Assembly (NCBI GenBank): GCA_036676985.1
Contig: JAKFBU010000026.1
Location: forward strand, 128,001 to 192,000
Length of the DNA stretch: 64,000 nucleotides
Direction of reading: 5' to 3'
Origin: Candidatus Sericytochromatia bacterium
GTDB lineage: Bacteria > Cyanobacteriota > Sericytochromatia > S15B-MN24 > UBA4093
Shown piece by piece: positions 28,953 through 40,839 of this stretch. Position numbers and translations under genes: made by a program. Under the pieces are notes generated by a model. That model had not been told where the DNA came from and made no database searches. It saw only the letters and a program-made list of their open reading frames with translations. Numbering within the stretch: position 1 is the first letter of the stretch; every line of letters starts with the position of its first letter.

Positions 28953-29650
28953 ATGCCGAAACGAGAGACTGTGAACGTTCCTAGCGTCACGGAGATCCTG
29001 GCCGATCTGGTGGCCAAGGGCTCGGAGACGACGCGCAAGATTTACGTGAAGCAAGGGGCCGGCGCCCAGATCATGGGCGTCAAGATGGGCGACCTGCGGG
29101 CGTTGGCCAAGCCCCTCAAGAAGCAGCATGCCCTGGCCCTCGAGCTCTGGGAAACGGGCTGGTTCGAGGCGCGGGTCCTGGCGACCTTGCTGCTGGATCC
29201 GAAGCTGCTCTCGGAAGGCGAGTGCATCCGCCTGGCCGAGAGCTGCGAGTCGTCCGCCATCCTGGACAAGCTGACGGACTATGTCCTGGCGGAGTCGACG
29301 CTGGCCGAGGCCTTGCGGGATCGGTGGCTCGATTCGGACGATCCCTTGCTGGGCCGGGCCGGGTGGAACCTCATGATCGCCGCCGTGCAGGCGGACAAGC
29401 AGGGCGGGCCCGATCTGGAGGCCCTGATGGCCAAGATCGAGGCGGAGCTGCCGGCGGCTCCGCTGCCCAAGAAGGAAGCCATGAACCAGTGCCTGGTGAT
29501 GATCGGGGTGTACCACGCGGCCTACACCGACCAGGCCATCAAGGTCGGCGAGCGGCTGGGCCGCTGGGATGATCGGCCGGTCCCCAAGGGGTGCTACTCC
29601 AGCTATCCGCCGGAGTGGATTCCGGCGGCCATTCGGCTGCGGAAGCGGGG

Positions 29651-29654
<4 letters not shown>
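28953..29654 (+). CDS. DNA alkylation repair protein (AlkD-like HEAT repeat)
   Basis: GVKMGDLRALAK, LALELWETG.FEAR.LA, MNQCL..IG, C.S.Y.PEWI; start uncertain (28938/28953/28971). Confidence 0.88.
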
Positions 29655-30430
<776 letters not shown>

Positions 30431-30444
30431 GGCACCACTCCTCC

Positions 30445-31890
<1,446 letters not shown>

Positions 31891-32106
31891 TTCGGGGGGG
31901 TACCTCCTGGGCGGGCGGTTGCAAGCACGAGTGAGACTATACCCGGAATCGGCCAACCTCTTGCAGGCGCGGCGCGGCCAAGGATGGCGGCCGGACCCGA
32001 TTAGCCCCGTTTGGCGATTGGTTTCGCCCGGCCCATGGACTATGCTCCCGGGTGACTCGGACCAGCATCCAGGCAGCGGCTCAGTTTCGGCCAAAGGAGG
32101 AGAACC

Positions 32107-33327
32107 GTGAAAGCAGTCGTCTTCCACGCCATCGGGGACATCCGCCTCGAGGAGGTGCCGGATCCCCGGATCGAACGTCCCACCGACGCCGTCGTACGCC
32201 TGACGGCGAGCGCCATCTGCGGGACGGACCTGCACATGGTCCGGGGGACGATGGTCGGCATGCAGCCCGGCACCATCCTGGGCCACGAGGGGGTGGGCGT
32301 GGTCGAGGAGCTGGGCGCGGACGTCCGTAACCTGCGCGTGGGCGATCGCGTCGTCATTCCCTCCTCGATCGGCTGCGGCAACTGCTCGTACTGTCGGTCG
32401 GGCTACTTCGCCCAGTGCGACGTGGCGAACCCCAACGGCAAGCGGGCGGGCACGGCCTTCTTCGGCGGACCCAAGGAATCGGGCCCCTTCAACGGCCTGC
32501 AGGCCGAGAAGGCGCGCATCCCGTTTGCGAACATCGGGCTCGTCAAGCTGCCCGACAACGTCTCCGACGAGCAGGCCCTTCTGCTGTCCGACATCTTCCC
32601 GACGGCCTACCAGGCCGCCGAGATGGCCGAGATCAAGCCCGGTAACACGGTGGCGGTGTTCGGCTGCGGGCCGGTGGGCCTCTTGGCCATCGAGAGCGCC
32701 AAGCTCCTGGACGCGGGCCGCATCCTCGCGGTGGACTGCATCCCGAGCCGGCTCGAGATGGCCCGCCGCCTCGGCGCCGAGGTCATCAACTTCGAGGAGG
32801 AGGACCCGGTCGAGACCATCCTGCGCCTCACGGACGGCATCGGCGTGGACCGGGCCATCGACGCGGTGGGGGTGGACGCCAACCACGCGCACCGGGGTCC
32901 GGCGGCCCAGGAGGCGAAGCGGCTGGAGCCGGTGTTCAAAGAGGAGCTCGCGCAGGTGGCCCCCGAGGCGAACCGGGTGGGCGACAACTGGCACCCCGGC
33001 GACGCCCCGTCCCAGGCCCTCATCTGGGCGGTCAAGGCTCTCGACAAGGCGGGCACCCTGTCCGTCATCGGCGTCTACCCGAAGACGGTGCAGCTCTTCC
33101 CCATCGGCGAGGCCATGAACAAGAACCTCACCATCAAGATGGGCAACTGCAACCACCGCAAGTACATCCCCATGCTCATCGACCTGGTGCAGGCCGGCGT
33201 GGTCGATCCGGCCGCCATCCTCACGCAGCACAAGTCCCTGGAAAGCGTCATAGACGCCTTCAAGGCCTTCGACCGGCGCGAGGAGGGCTGGACCAAGGTG
33301 GAGCTGAAGCCCGCCGCGGCCAAGTAG
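32107..33327 (+). CDS. Zinc-dependent alcohol dehydrogenase (formaldehyde dehydrogenase-like)
   Basis: ICGTDLH, GHEGVG, CGNCSYC..C, SDIFPT, GCGPVG. Confidence 0.95.
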   Translation: MKAVVFHAIGDIRLEEVPDPRIERPTDAVVRLTASAICGTDLHMVRGTMVGMQPGTILGHEGVGVVEELGADVRNLRVGDRVVIPSSIGCGNCSYCRSGYFAQCDVANPNGKRAGTAFFGGPKESGPFNGLQAEKARIPFANIGLVKLPDNVSDEQALLLSDIFPTAYQAAEMAEIKPGNTVAVFGCGPVGLLAIESAKLLDAGRILAVDCIPSRLEMARRLGAEVINFEEEDPVETILRLTDGIGVDRAIDAVGVDANHAHRGPAAQEAKRLEPVFKEELAQVAPEANRVGDNWHPGDAPSQALIWAVKALDKAGTLSVIGVYPKTVQLFPIGEAMNKNLTIKMGNCNHRKYIPMLIDLVQAGVVDPAAILTQHKSLESVIDAFKAFDRREEGWTKVELKPAAAK

Positions 33328-33337
33328 AGGAGGACCC

Positions 33338-33688
33338 ATGGCAGACATCGTCTTCAAGCTGAAACCCGCACCCACCGAGGCGGATGCCGAGCGCCTGGTG
33401 GAGGCGGTCGAGAACATGAACGGGGTGACGGAGGCGACCCTCGATACCGCGACCTGCCGGCTCTTCGTCACCTTCGACACCATGCGCATGGGGGACATCG
33501 AGCTCGAGCGGACCCTCAAGGACAACGGCTTCGAGGTCGCCACCGAGGACGAGGTCGGCTTCATGAGCGACGTGCCCGGCTATACGCAGGACGCGGACAA
33601 GCAGGAGCAGGACCAGGCGGCCGCCACGGACATGACCCGGATGAACGAGATCGACCTGAACGGAGGGCTCGGGGCGGAGTCGACGTAG
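33338..33688 (+). CDS. HMA-fold-like protein lacking CXXC, with acidic tail
   Basis: GV..A.LD.....V.FD...L...LKD.GFEV pattern; GAGGAGG RBS. Confidence 0.7.
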   Translation: MADIVFKLKPAPTEADAERLVEAVENMNGVTEATLDTATCRLFVTFDTMRMGDIELERTLKDNGFEVATEDEVGFMSDVPGYTQDADKQEQDQAAATDMTRMNEIDLNGGLGAEST

Positions 33689-33768
33689 TTAGCCCCAGGC
33701 GGTTTAGCTGAGCCCCGGGCGGCAGCTATGGCCTTGCTCCGGGCGGGTGGGGACCGTAAGATGAGGGC

Positions 33769-34986
33769 GTGAACCCGCTTTCGCGCCTCCGCGCCCTCTT
33801 GCCCAACTTGCCGCGCGGCCCCGAGGGCCTCGTCTGGTACCTCGTCCTCCTGCAGTCGATCGGCGTGACGGCCGTCTTGCCGGTCTTGCCGCTGTACGCC
33901 CAGGAGCACGGGGCGGACCTCGCCTTCATCGGGTGGATGGTCGGCGCCTACATGGCGGCCAACCTGGTCGCCACCTACCCCGCGGGCTGGCTCTCGGACC
34001 GGGTGGGCCGGCGCAGCCTCATGGCCGCGGGGATGGCCCTCTACGGCCTCGCGTCCCTGGGCTTCCTCGTTTTCGGGCAGCCCTGGGCCTTCGTGTTGTT
34101 GCGGGCCATCGAGGGCGTCGCGGGGGCATGCTTCGTGCCGACGGCGATCGCCTACGTGGCCGATCGCAGCTCTCCCGCGGAGCGGGGCGCGCGGCTCGCC
34201 GAGCTCACGGCCGCCCAGTACGTGGGGCTCTTGGCGGGACCTGCCATCGGGGGAGTGCTCGCCACGGCCTTCGGCTTCGCGGCGCCCTTCTGGGTGCTCG
34301 CGGCCCTCTGTCTGCTCTCCTCCGGCTTCGTCGCCAAGCTGCCCGGGGCGGGCCGCGCGGCGGCGGCCGACCGAGCGGCGGCCCCCGGGGGCTGGGACGG
34401 CGTCGTGTGGCCCGTCATCCTGGGCCTGGGCGCCCGTGCCCTGGCGGGCGGCTTCGCCGTCGGCCTCTACGAGACGGTCTGGGCCATCTACCTGAAAGAC
34501 CTGGGGGCCACCACCTGGGAGATCAGCCTGAGCTGGACCCTCTTCGCCATCCCCCCCATCGTGCTCGCGGGCGCGGCCGGCCGGCTCATCGACCGCGCGG
34601 GGCCGCGCGGGCCGCTCCTCTGGGGGACGGCCTTCAGCGGCGTCATCGTCGCCACCTACTCCCTCACCCGCCGCGTGGAGCTGCTGCTCCTGCTCGGCGT
34701 CGTCGACGGCATCGGCTTCGCCTTCGCCTACCCCGCCCAGAACGCCCTCATGGTGGCCGCGGCTCCCGAGGCCCTGCGCGGCCGGGTCATCGCCCTCGTC
34801 ACGGCCCTCGGCACGGTGGGCTCCCTGGTGGGCGTCTTCGTCGTCCCCCGGCTCTATCCCCTCGGCCCCCACTGGGTCTTCGGCGTCACCTCCGTCCTCC
34901 TGCTCGCCTCGGTCGGCGTGCTCGCCATGGTCCGCTTGACCGATCCGGCGATCCGGGTTACACCGACACCCGAGCACGTTGTCTGA
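33769..34986 (+). CDS. MFS transporter
   Basis: GWLSDRVGRR motif A, GPAIGG motif C, about 12 TM. Confidence 0.92.
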   Translation: MNPLSRLRALLPNLPRGPEGLVWYLVLLQSIGVTAVLPVLPLYAQEHGADLAFIGWMVGAYMAANLVATYPAGWLSDRVGRRSLMAAGMALYGLASLGFLVFGQPWAFVLLRAIEGVAGACFVPTAIAYVADRSSPAERGARLAELTAAQYVGLLAGPAIGGVLATAFGFAAPFWVLAALCLLSSGFVAKLPGAGRAAAADRAAAPGGWDGVVWPVILGLGARALAGGFAVGLYETVWAIYLKDLGATTWEISLSWTLFAIPPIVLAGAAGRLIDRAGPRGPLLWGTAFSGVIVATYSLTRRVELLLLLGVVDGIGFAFAYPAQNALMVAAAPEALRGRVIALVTALGTVGSLVGVFVVPRLYPLGPHWVFGVTSVLLLASVGVLAMVRLTDPAIRVTPTPEHVV

Positions 34987-34999
34987 GGCAGGAGGACGC

Positions 35000-35734
35000 A
35001 TGGATCTCGGATTGACTGGCAAGCGCGCCCTGGTCATGGGGGGCTCGACGGGCCTCGGCAAGGCGATCGCCCGCGCCCTGGCGGCCGAGGGCGCCCAAGT
35101 CGCCCTCTGCGCCCGGGGCCGGGAGCGCCTGGAGGCGGCGGCCCGGGAGCTCGGGGCCGTGCCGCTCGTCTGCGATCTCTCGAAGCCCGGTGCCGGAGCG
35201 GCCGTGGTCAAGCAGGCCATCGAGCGCCTGGGTGGCCTGGACATCCTCGTTTGCAACACGGGCGGCCCTCCCACCGGGGCCTTCGAGTCGCTCTCGGCCG
35301 AGCAGTGGCAGACGGGCTTCCAGGGCCTCTTCCTGAGCGCCGCCGAGGCCATGCGGGCCGCGTTGCCCGCCATGCGCGCCCAGGGCTTCGGTCGGATCCT
35401 GCTCGTGACCTCGGTGGCGGCCCGCGAGCCCATCGCCAACCTCACGGTCTCCAACGCCCTCCGGGCGGGCCTCTTGGGCCTCGTGAACACCGTGAGCCGC
35501 GAGGTGGCCGCCGCGGGCGTCACGGTCAACGCCCTCTTGCCGGGCTACACCAAGACCGAGCGGCTCGAGGAGCTGGGCGTCACGGACGAGCAGCTCGCGA
35601 GCCAGATCCCCGCCGGACGTCTCGCCAAGCCCGAGGAGCTGGGGGCGCTCGTGGCCTTTCTAGCCTCCGAGCCCGCGGCGTACGTCACGGGGCAGGCGAT
35701 CGCCTGCGACGGGGGCTACCTGCGGAGCATCTGA
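35000..35734 (+). CDS. SDR family oxidoreductase
   Basis: GGSTGLG, NTGGP, SN..R (atypical YXXXK), VNALLPG. Confidence 0.93.
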   Translation: MDLGLTGKRALVMGGSTGLGKAIARALAAEGAQVALCARGRERLEAAARELGAVPLVCDLSKPGAGAAVVKQAIERLGGLDILVCNTGGPPTGAFESLSAEQWQTGFQGLFLSAAEAMRAALPAMRAQGFGRILLVTSVAAREPIANLTVSNALRAGLLGLVNTVSREVAAAGVTVNALLPGYTKTERLEELGVTDEQLASQIPAGRLAKPEELGALVAFLASEPAAYVTGQAIACDGGYLRSI

Positions 35735-35843
35735 TCCGCCCCTTGCGTTCGACGCGAAATGCCCCATCATGGAGGCCTGCTGCCCCTGCCGGCAGCAGGC
35801 CTCATGCTTGCTGAACCACAGCTGAACCACACAAGGAGTAACG

Positions 35844-36161
35844 ATGGAGCTCAAGACCAAGCGCTGCATTCCCTGCGAAGGGGGAGTGCCCAAGCTCGAC
35901 GCGCAGCAGACGCAAGACATGCTGACGAAGGTGCAGGGCTGGGAAGCGCGTGACGAGAAGATCCACAAGACGTTCGAGTTCAAGGACTTCGTGACCGCCA
36001 TGCAGTTCCTGAACCAGATGGCGGACGTCGCCGAGGCCGAGGGCCATCACCCGGACTTCTCCGTCCACTACAACCGGGTGGATGTGACCATCTGGACGCA
36101 TGCCCTCGACGGGCTTTCGGAGAACGACTTCATCCTCGCCGCGAAGATCGACGCCCTTTAG
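35844..36161 (+). CDS. phhB: Pterin-4-alpha-carbinolamine dehydratase
   Basis: CIPCEGG, AEAEGHHPD, WTH..GLSENDFILAAKID. Confidence 0.93.
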   Translation: MELKTKRCIPCEGGVPKLDAQQTQDMLTKVQGWEARDEKIHKTFEFKDFVTAMQFLNQMADVAEAEGHHPDFSVHYNRVDVTIWTHALDGLSENDFILAAKIDAL

Positions 36162-36179
36162 CGCCATCGCACGATAAAG

Positions 36180-36211
36180 CGCCCCCGCCGGAAGCGTTTC
36201 CGGCGGGGGCG
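36180..36211. terminator. Hairpin between convergent genes
   Basis: CGCCCCCGCCGGAA-GCGT-TTCCGGCGGGGGCG. Confidence 0.75.
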
Positions 36212-36295
36212 TGACGTTTGGCGCCGTTCGGCGCCATCAGGAACGATTCAGCAGTGACTCACGGGTCAACCGCCGCCGCTAGCCGAGTCGCGCGC

Positions 36296-36634
36296 TTACT
36301 TGCCCTGCTTGAGGGCCTTGCGCAGCAAGGACTGCTGGGTGCGCAGCGCTTCGAGCTCCTTGGCGAGCTCTTCGGGCGAACGGCTCGCGAGCAGCTCGGA
36401 AACCTTGATCTTGTGCTCATGCTTCGACTCGAGCGACTCGATGCGCTGATCGAGCTTCGCGATGCGCGACTCCATGCTCTCGCGCAGCTTGTCACGCTTG
36501 ACCTTCAGCTCCTGCACCAGTTCGTAGGGCGAACGGCGCGTGCGCTTGGACGCGCTGGCCTTGGCCTTCGCCGCGGCGGAACCGCCGGCGGCTTTCTTCG
36601 CCTTAGTCGAACCAGCAGCTTTGGTACGGGCCAT
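36296..36634 (-). CDS. Small basic Lys/Ala-tailed coiled-coil protein (candidate nucleoid-associated)
   Basis: GGAGGAGG RBS; MARTKAAGSTKAKKAAGG...KRTRRSP followed by heptad repeats. Confidence 0.8.
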   Translation of the reverse strand: MARTKAAGSTKAKKAAGGSAAAKAKASASKRTRRSPYELVQELKVKRDKLRESMESRIAKLDQRIESLESKHEHKIKVSELLASRSPEELAKELEALRTQQSLLRKALKQGK

Positions 36635-36960
36635 GAATCCTCCTCCATCCAATCCAAATCGTAAGCCGACACTTTCAATCGATCGGCAAAAACACTATGA
36701 AGATTGGGCCTACTGTAGCAAAGCAGATGGAGCTGCGCAATAATCTCGGACGGTAAATTGGCGAAATTTATCCCATCTTTATGCCAATTGACCTATAAAC
36801 TCCCCGGCTCTAACGTGCCTTCCCCGTTGCTCGCCCCATGAGGGCCTCCTGGACGGGGTACGGGTTCCCCCGCCCCTTCCGGCACCGGGCGGGCGCCATC
36901 GCCGCGCGCCGACCGCGCGAGCCGCCGCGGCGGACGCGTGCCGGGCCGGGGCGCCCCACC

Positions 36961-37512
36961 TCAGGCGGGCTGGCCGGAAAAGATGAGTTCCGTGAGGGCT
37001 TGTTCGTAAACGTCGAGGTCGGACGGCCGGAAAAGGATCATTTGGACCTCGCGCAGGCCGGATCCGGCCTTTAGATGGCGAATGATGGTTTCCAGCGCGA
37101 TCTTCGCCGCAGGTTCGAGCGGATAGCCATAGGCGCCGGTGCTGATCGACGGAAAGGCGATGGTGCGCACTTGCCGCTCGTCGGCGGCCCGCAAGCTGCT
37201 CTCGTAGGCGGAGGCCAGCTGTGCGGCCTCGTTGCGGCCACCCCCGCCCCAGATGGGACCGACGGCGTGGATGACGTAGTGCGCGGACAGCTTGCCGGCG
37301 CCCGTGACGCAGGCCGAACCGGTGGGACACTGGCCGATCTGGCGGCACTCCTCCATGATGGCGGGGCCCCCGGCCTTGTGGATGGCGCCGTCCACGCCGC
37401 CTCCGCCCCGGAGCTGGCTGTTGGCCGCGTTGACGATGGCGTCGACGTTGCAGCGCGTGAGGTCCCCTTGGCGCAAGCGGAGCCACGCCGATCCGATTCG
37501 AATGTCTCGCAT
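36961..37512 (-). CDS. Macro domain O-acetyl-ADP-ribose deacetylase (YmdB-like)
   Basis: GDLT, AIVNAAN..L.GGGGVDGAIH, HAVGP, FPSISTGAYGYP. Confidence 0.95.
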   Translation of the reverse strand: MRDIRIGSAWLRLRQGDLTRCNVDAIVNAANSQLRGGGGVDGAIHKAGGPAIMEECRQIGQCPTGSACVTGAGKLSAHYVIHAVGPIWGGGGRNEAAQLASAYESSLRAADERQVRTIAFPSISTGAYGYPLEPAAKIALETIIRHLKAGSGLREVQMILFRPSDLDVYEQALTELIFSGQPA

Positions 37513-37540
37513 GGCTACCATCTACCCGGTGGCCCGCTCC

Positions 37541-38278
37541 TTACACGTAGGTCGGGAAGGGGGCGCACCCCTGCATGAAGACGCTCGCGGGCGTGAGCAC
37601 CTCGTCGGGCGTGAGGATCTCGTGCCGCGTCAGCCAGTCCAGCCGCCCGGTGGAGAGGGTCCCCCCCTGGGGTCTCAGCGGCTCGTGCGGGGAGTGCATC
37701 AGGCCGAAGCGATCGTCGGGCAGCGGGAAGTAGGCGTCCGCCACGTCGCCCAGCACCTGAACGGCCGCCTCGGCGCTCGCGAAGCCCGGGGTGACGGGGG
37801 TGGGGCCGGCGTACTCGAGGAAGAGCTCCAGCTCGTCTCCCGCCTTCGCTTCCACCCGTGCCAGCTGCTCGTCGGCCCATGTCAGGTCGTAGGTCACGTC
37901 CACGCCGTGCGCCGGGAGGCCCGGCAGGATGCGCAGCCCCTGCGCGTACAGGGCCGGACCGATCAAGCTGCGGAAGATGTAGAGGGCGTGGCCCTCGTCC
38001 TGCACGATGTAGGTCCGGTAGTTGATCTGGTGGAGCTGGATCGGCACGGCGGGCATGCCGCCCACCCGCCGCAGCAGGAGCCGGCCCATGAAGACCGAGA
38101 GCCACGCGCGCTCGTGACCCTCCACGCGGCGGGTGAGGGGGATGAAGTAGTCAGGCAGCACGCCCTGGAGGCGCGCCGGCGGCACGGCGTAGTTGAGGAG
38201 CGTGAAGCCCTCGATGTCGAAGTCGACCGAAAAGGGCAGGACGGGGGGCCGGATGCGCGCCTGGGGTAGCGTGAGCAT
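37541..38278 (-). CDS. DUF2071/YqjF-like (acetoacetate decarboxylase-like fold) protein
   Basis: LNYAVPP..L...LP, AWLSV, QINYRTY; AAGGAGG RBS. Confidence 0.75.
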   Translation of the reverse strand: MLTLPQARIRPPVLPFSVDFDIEGFTLLNYAVPPARLQGVLPDYFIPLTRRVEGHERAWLSVFMGRLLLRRVGGMPAVPIQLHQINYRTYIVQDEGHALYIFRSLIGPALYAQGLRILPGLPAHGVDVTYDLTWADEQLARVEAKAGDELELFLEYAGPTPVTPGFASAEAAVQVLGDVADAYFPLPDDRFGLMHSPHEPLRPQGGTLSTGRLDWLTRHEILTPDEVLTPASVFMQGCAPFPTYV

Positions 38279-38396
38279 GCTCGCCTCCTTCGGGGATCGC
38301 TGCGGCGCCATCATAGCCGTCTGGTCCGAGATCGCAACCATCCGTTCCCTGCGGTCAAGGCCCGGCAGGGATGCTAGAATAGGGCGCACGTCCCCC

Positions 38397-38822
38397 ATGG
38401 AGCCGACTCCCCCCGTGATCAAATCCTGCACCACTTATCTTCAGAATGCGTCCGCCTTGTTGCTCGGCTCGGGGGTGCGCTACGCGCTGGTCGGCGTCCT
38501 CAACACGGCCGTCGGCTACGCGGTCTTCTACCTCTGCCTGCGCCTCGGCATGGGCCACCTGGTGTCCCTCGCCCTCTCCTACGCGGTGGGCGTCGTCCAC
38601 AGCTTCCTCTGGAACCGGCTGTGGACCTTCAAGGCGCAAGGGGCCGTGGCACGCCAGGTGCCCCGGTTCGTCGTCGTGACGGGCCTGACCTTCGCCCTCA
38701 ACGCCGCCATGCTGCAGGGCCTGGTTCATGTGGGCATGCGGCCCGACCTGGGGCAGCTCATGTGCCTGGTGGTGACCACGGTCGTAGGGTATTTCGGGCA
38801 TCGGCTCTGGAGCTTCCGGTGA
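38397..38822 (+). CDS. GtrA family protein
   Basis: RYALVGVLNTAV, SFLWNRLWTF, RLWSF. Confidence 0.9.
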   Translation: MEPTPPVIKSCTTYLQNASALLLGSGVRYALVGVLNTAVGYAVFYLCLRLGMGHLVSLALSYAVGVVHSFLWNRLWTFKAQGAVARQVPRFVVVTGLTFALNAAMLQGLVHVGMRPDLGQLMCLVVTTVVGYFGHRLWSFR

Positions 38823-39865
38823 CGCTCGCCCTCTTGGGGGATGCCCGGAGCGTGCACGTCGTGCGCTGGGCCTCGTACTTCGCCGCGCGGGGCTGGGACG
38901 TCCACGTGATCTCCTTGCGGCCGGGCGACATCGCGGGGGTGACGGTCCATCACCTGAAGCCGCTGTGGCCGGGGCGGCTCGGCTATCCGACCGTGATTCC
39001 GGTCCTCCGGTCCCTCCTGGCCAGGCTCCGTCCCGCGCTCGTCCACGCGCACTACGCCACGAGCTATGGGCTCCTGGGAGTGCTCGGCGGCCGGCGGCCC
39101 CTCATCATCTCCTTGTGGGGCAGCGACGTCTTCGAGTGGCCCACGAAAGGCCCCTTGCACCGGGCCATGCTCGCGTTCAACCTGAAACATGCCAGCTTGC
39201 TGTGCGCGACCAGTCGGGGGCTGGCCGAAGCCGCGCGACCCTATGCGCCCCCGGGGCGGTTCATCGAGGTGACGCCCTTCGGGGTGGATCTCGGGCGCTT
39301 CGACCTCGCCCCCGAGCATGAGGGGCCGGTCGTGATCGGGACGGCCCGGGGGCTGGAGTGGCGATACGGGATCGACCTCTTGATCCGGGCCTTCGCCCTC
39401 CTGGAACCCTCGGTGGCCCGCCTGGTGATCGTCGGGGCGGGGCCGCAACGTGCGGAGTACGAGGCGCTCGTCCAAGAGCTCGGCCTGCAGGGACGCGTGG
39501 AGTTTCCGGGCTGGGTGGACCCGGCCGAGATTCCGCGCACGTATCGCGCGTTCGACGTCTTCGTCGCTCCGTCGCGGATCGAGGCCTTCGGAGTCGCGGT
39601 GCTCGAGGCGGCGGCCTGTGGGCTACCCGCCGTGGTGACCAAGGTCGGGGGCCTGCCCGAGGTGGTCGAGGACGGCGTGACGGGCCTGGTGGTGCCGCCG
39701 GAGGACCCCGTGGCCCTGGCCGAGGCCCTGCGCCGGCTGGTGGCGGATCGCGAGGGGCGCCGCCGCATGGGCGCGGCCGCCCGACGCTTCGTCGCCGCGC
39801 GCTATCGCTGGGAGGATACGGCGGAGCGCATGGAGCAGCTCTACCGCCAGGTGATCATGCGCTAA
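38819..39865 (+). CDS. Glycosyltransferase family 4
   Basis: HAHYATSYG, WGSDV, EAFGVAVLEA; GTG overlaps gtrA stop. Confidence 0.92.
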   Translation: MTLALLGDARSVHVVRWASYFAARGWDVHVISLRPGDIAGVTVHHLKPLWPGRLGYPTVIPVLRSLLARLRPALVHAHYATSYGLLGVLGGRRPLIISLWGSDVFEWPTKGPLHRAMLAFNLKHASLLCATSRGLAEAARPYAPPGRFIEVTPFGVDLGRFDLAPEHEGPVVIGTARGLEWRYGIDLLIRAFALLEPSVARLVIVGAGPQRAEYEALVQELGLQGRVEFPGWVDPAEIPRTYRAFDVFVAPSRIEAFGVAVLEAAACGLPAVVTKVGGLPEVVEDGVTGLVVPPEDPVALAEALRRLVADREGRRRMGAAARRFVAARYRWEDTAERMEQLYRQVIMR

Positions 39866-40017
39866 GCGATTGGCCGGCCGGCACGAGCGCCGGGGCGAGG
39901 CCGAGCTCTCTTGTGGGCGGCCGTGACGTGGCGCTTGCCCAGCTTGCTTTAAATCCACGCGCTCGGCCAAAGGTGCTAGAATGGGGGGTGACGCCCCGCC
40001 TCGATACAAGGTCTCAG

Positions 40018-40839
40018 ATGGTCCAGCCACCCAAGCCGCTCGTGAGCGTGGTCACCCCCACCTTCAACAGCGAGCGCTACCTCGAACGGACGATTCTTTC
40101 GGTCCTCGAGCAATCCCACGAACCCGTCGAGCATCTCATCGTCGACGGCGGCTCCACCGACGGCACGCTGGCCATCGTCGCGCGCTACCCGCATCTCACG
40201 CTCATCCAGGGCCGCGATCGCAACATGTACGACGCCCTCAACAAGGGCCTCAAGGCCGCCCAGGGCGAGATCATCGGCTGCCTCAACTCGGACGACCAGT
40301 ACGCCCCGGGGGCGCTCGCGGCCGTCGTGGCGGCCTTCGAGCGGGACGCCGCCAGCGACGTGGTCTTCGGCCACGCCACCTTCGTGGACGAGGCCGATCG
40401 CCGCCTCTTCGACCTGGCGGCCCTGCCCTTCAGCTGGCGGCGGTTCGCGGCGCTCGACTTCAGCTCCCTGTGTTTCTCGAGCGTCTTCTGGCGCCGCGGC
40501 ATCCACGAGCGCGTGGGCTACTTCAACGACGACTACTCGCTCGCCGCGGACTTCGACTTCTACCTGCGCTTCAAGCCCCTGCGCCTGCGCCGCCTGCCGC
40601 GCGTCCTGAGCCTGTTCCGCAATCACGCCGAGGCCCAGACCTACACCAAGCAAGGCAAGAGCCGCGAAGAGGTCGCCCGGATCCTCGCCGCCATCGGCGT
40701 CCACGACTCGCCCCTGCAGCGCCTGAAGTGGCAGATCGGCAAGGTCCTGTTCATCCTGGTCTGCTACCGCCCACCCCTCGTCATGCTGCGCCGCGGCGTG
40801 CGCAAGCTGGGCCGTCGCCTCGCCGGAGCCCGCCCATGA
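40018..40839 (+). CDS. Glycosyltransferase family 2 (WcaE/WfgS-like)
   Basis: SVVTPTFN, DGGSTDGT, YDALNKG, LNSDD, AADFD. Confidence 0.92.
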   Translation: MVQPPKPLVSVVTPTFNSERYLERTILSVLEQSHEPVEHLIVDGGSTDGTLAIVARYPHLTLIQGRDRNMYDALNKGLKAAQGEIIGCLNSDDQYAPGALAAVVAAFERDAASDVVFGHATFVDEADRRLFDLAALPFSWRRFAALDFSSLCFSSVFWRRGIHERVGYFNDDYSLAADFDFYLRFKPLRLRRLPRVLSLFRNHAEAQTYTKQGKSREEVARILAAIGVHDSPLQRLKWQIGKVLFILVCYRPPLVMLRRGVRKLGRRLAGARP

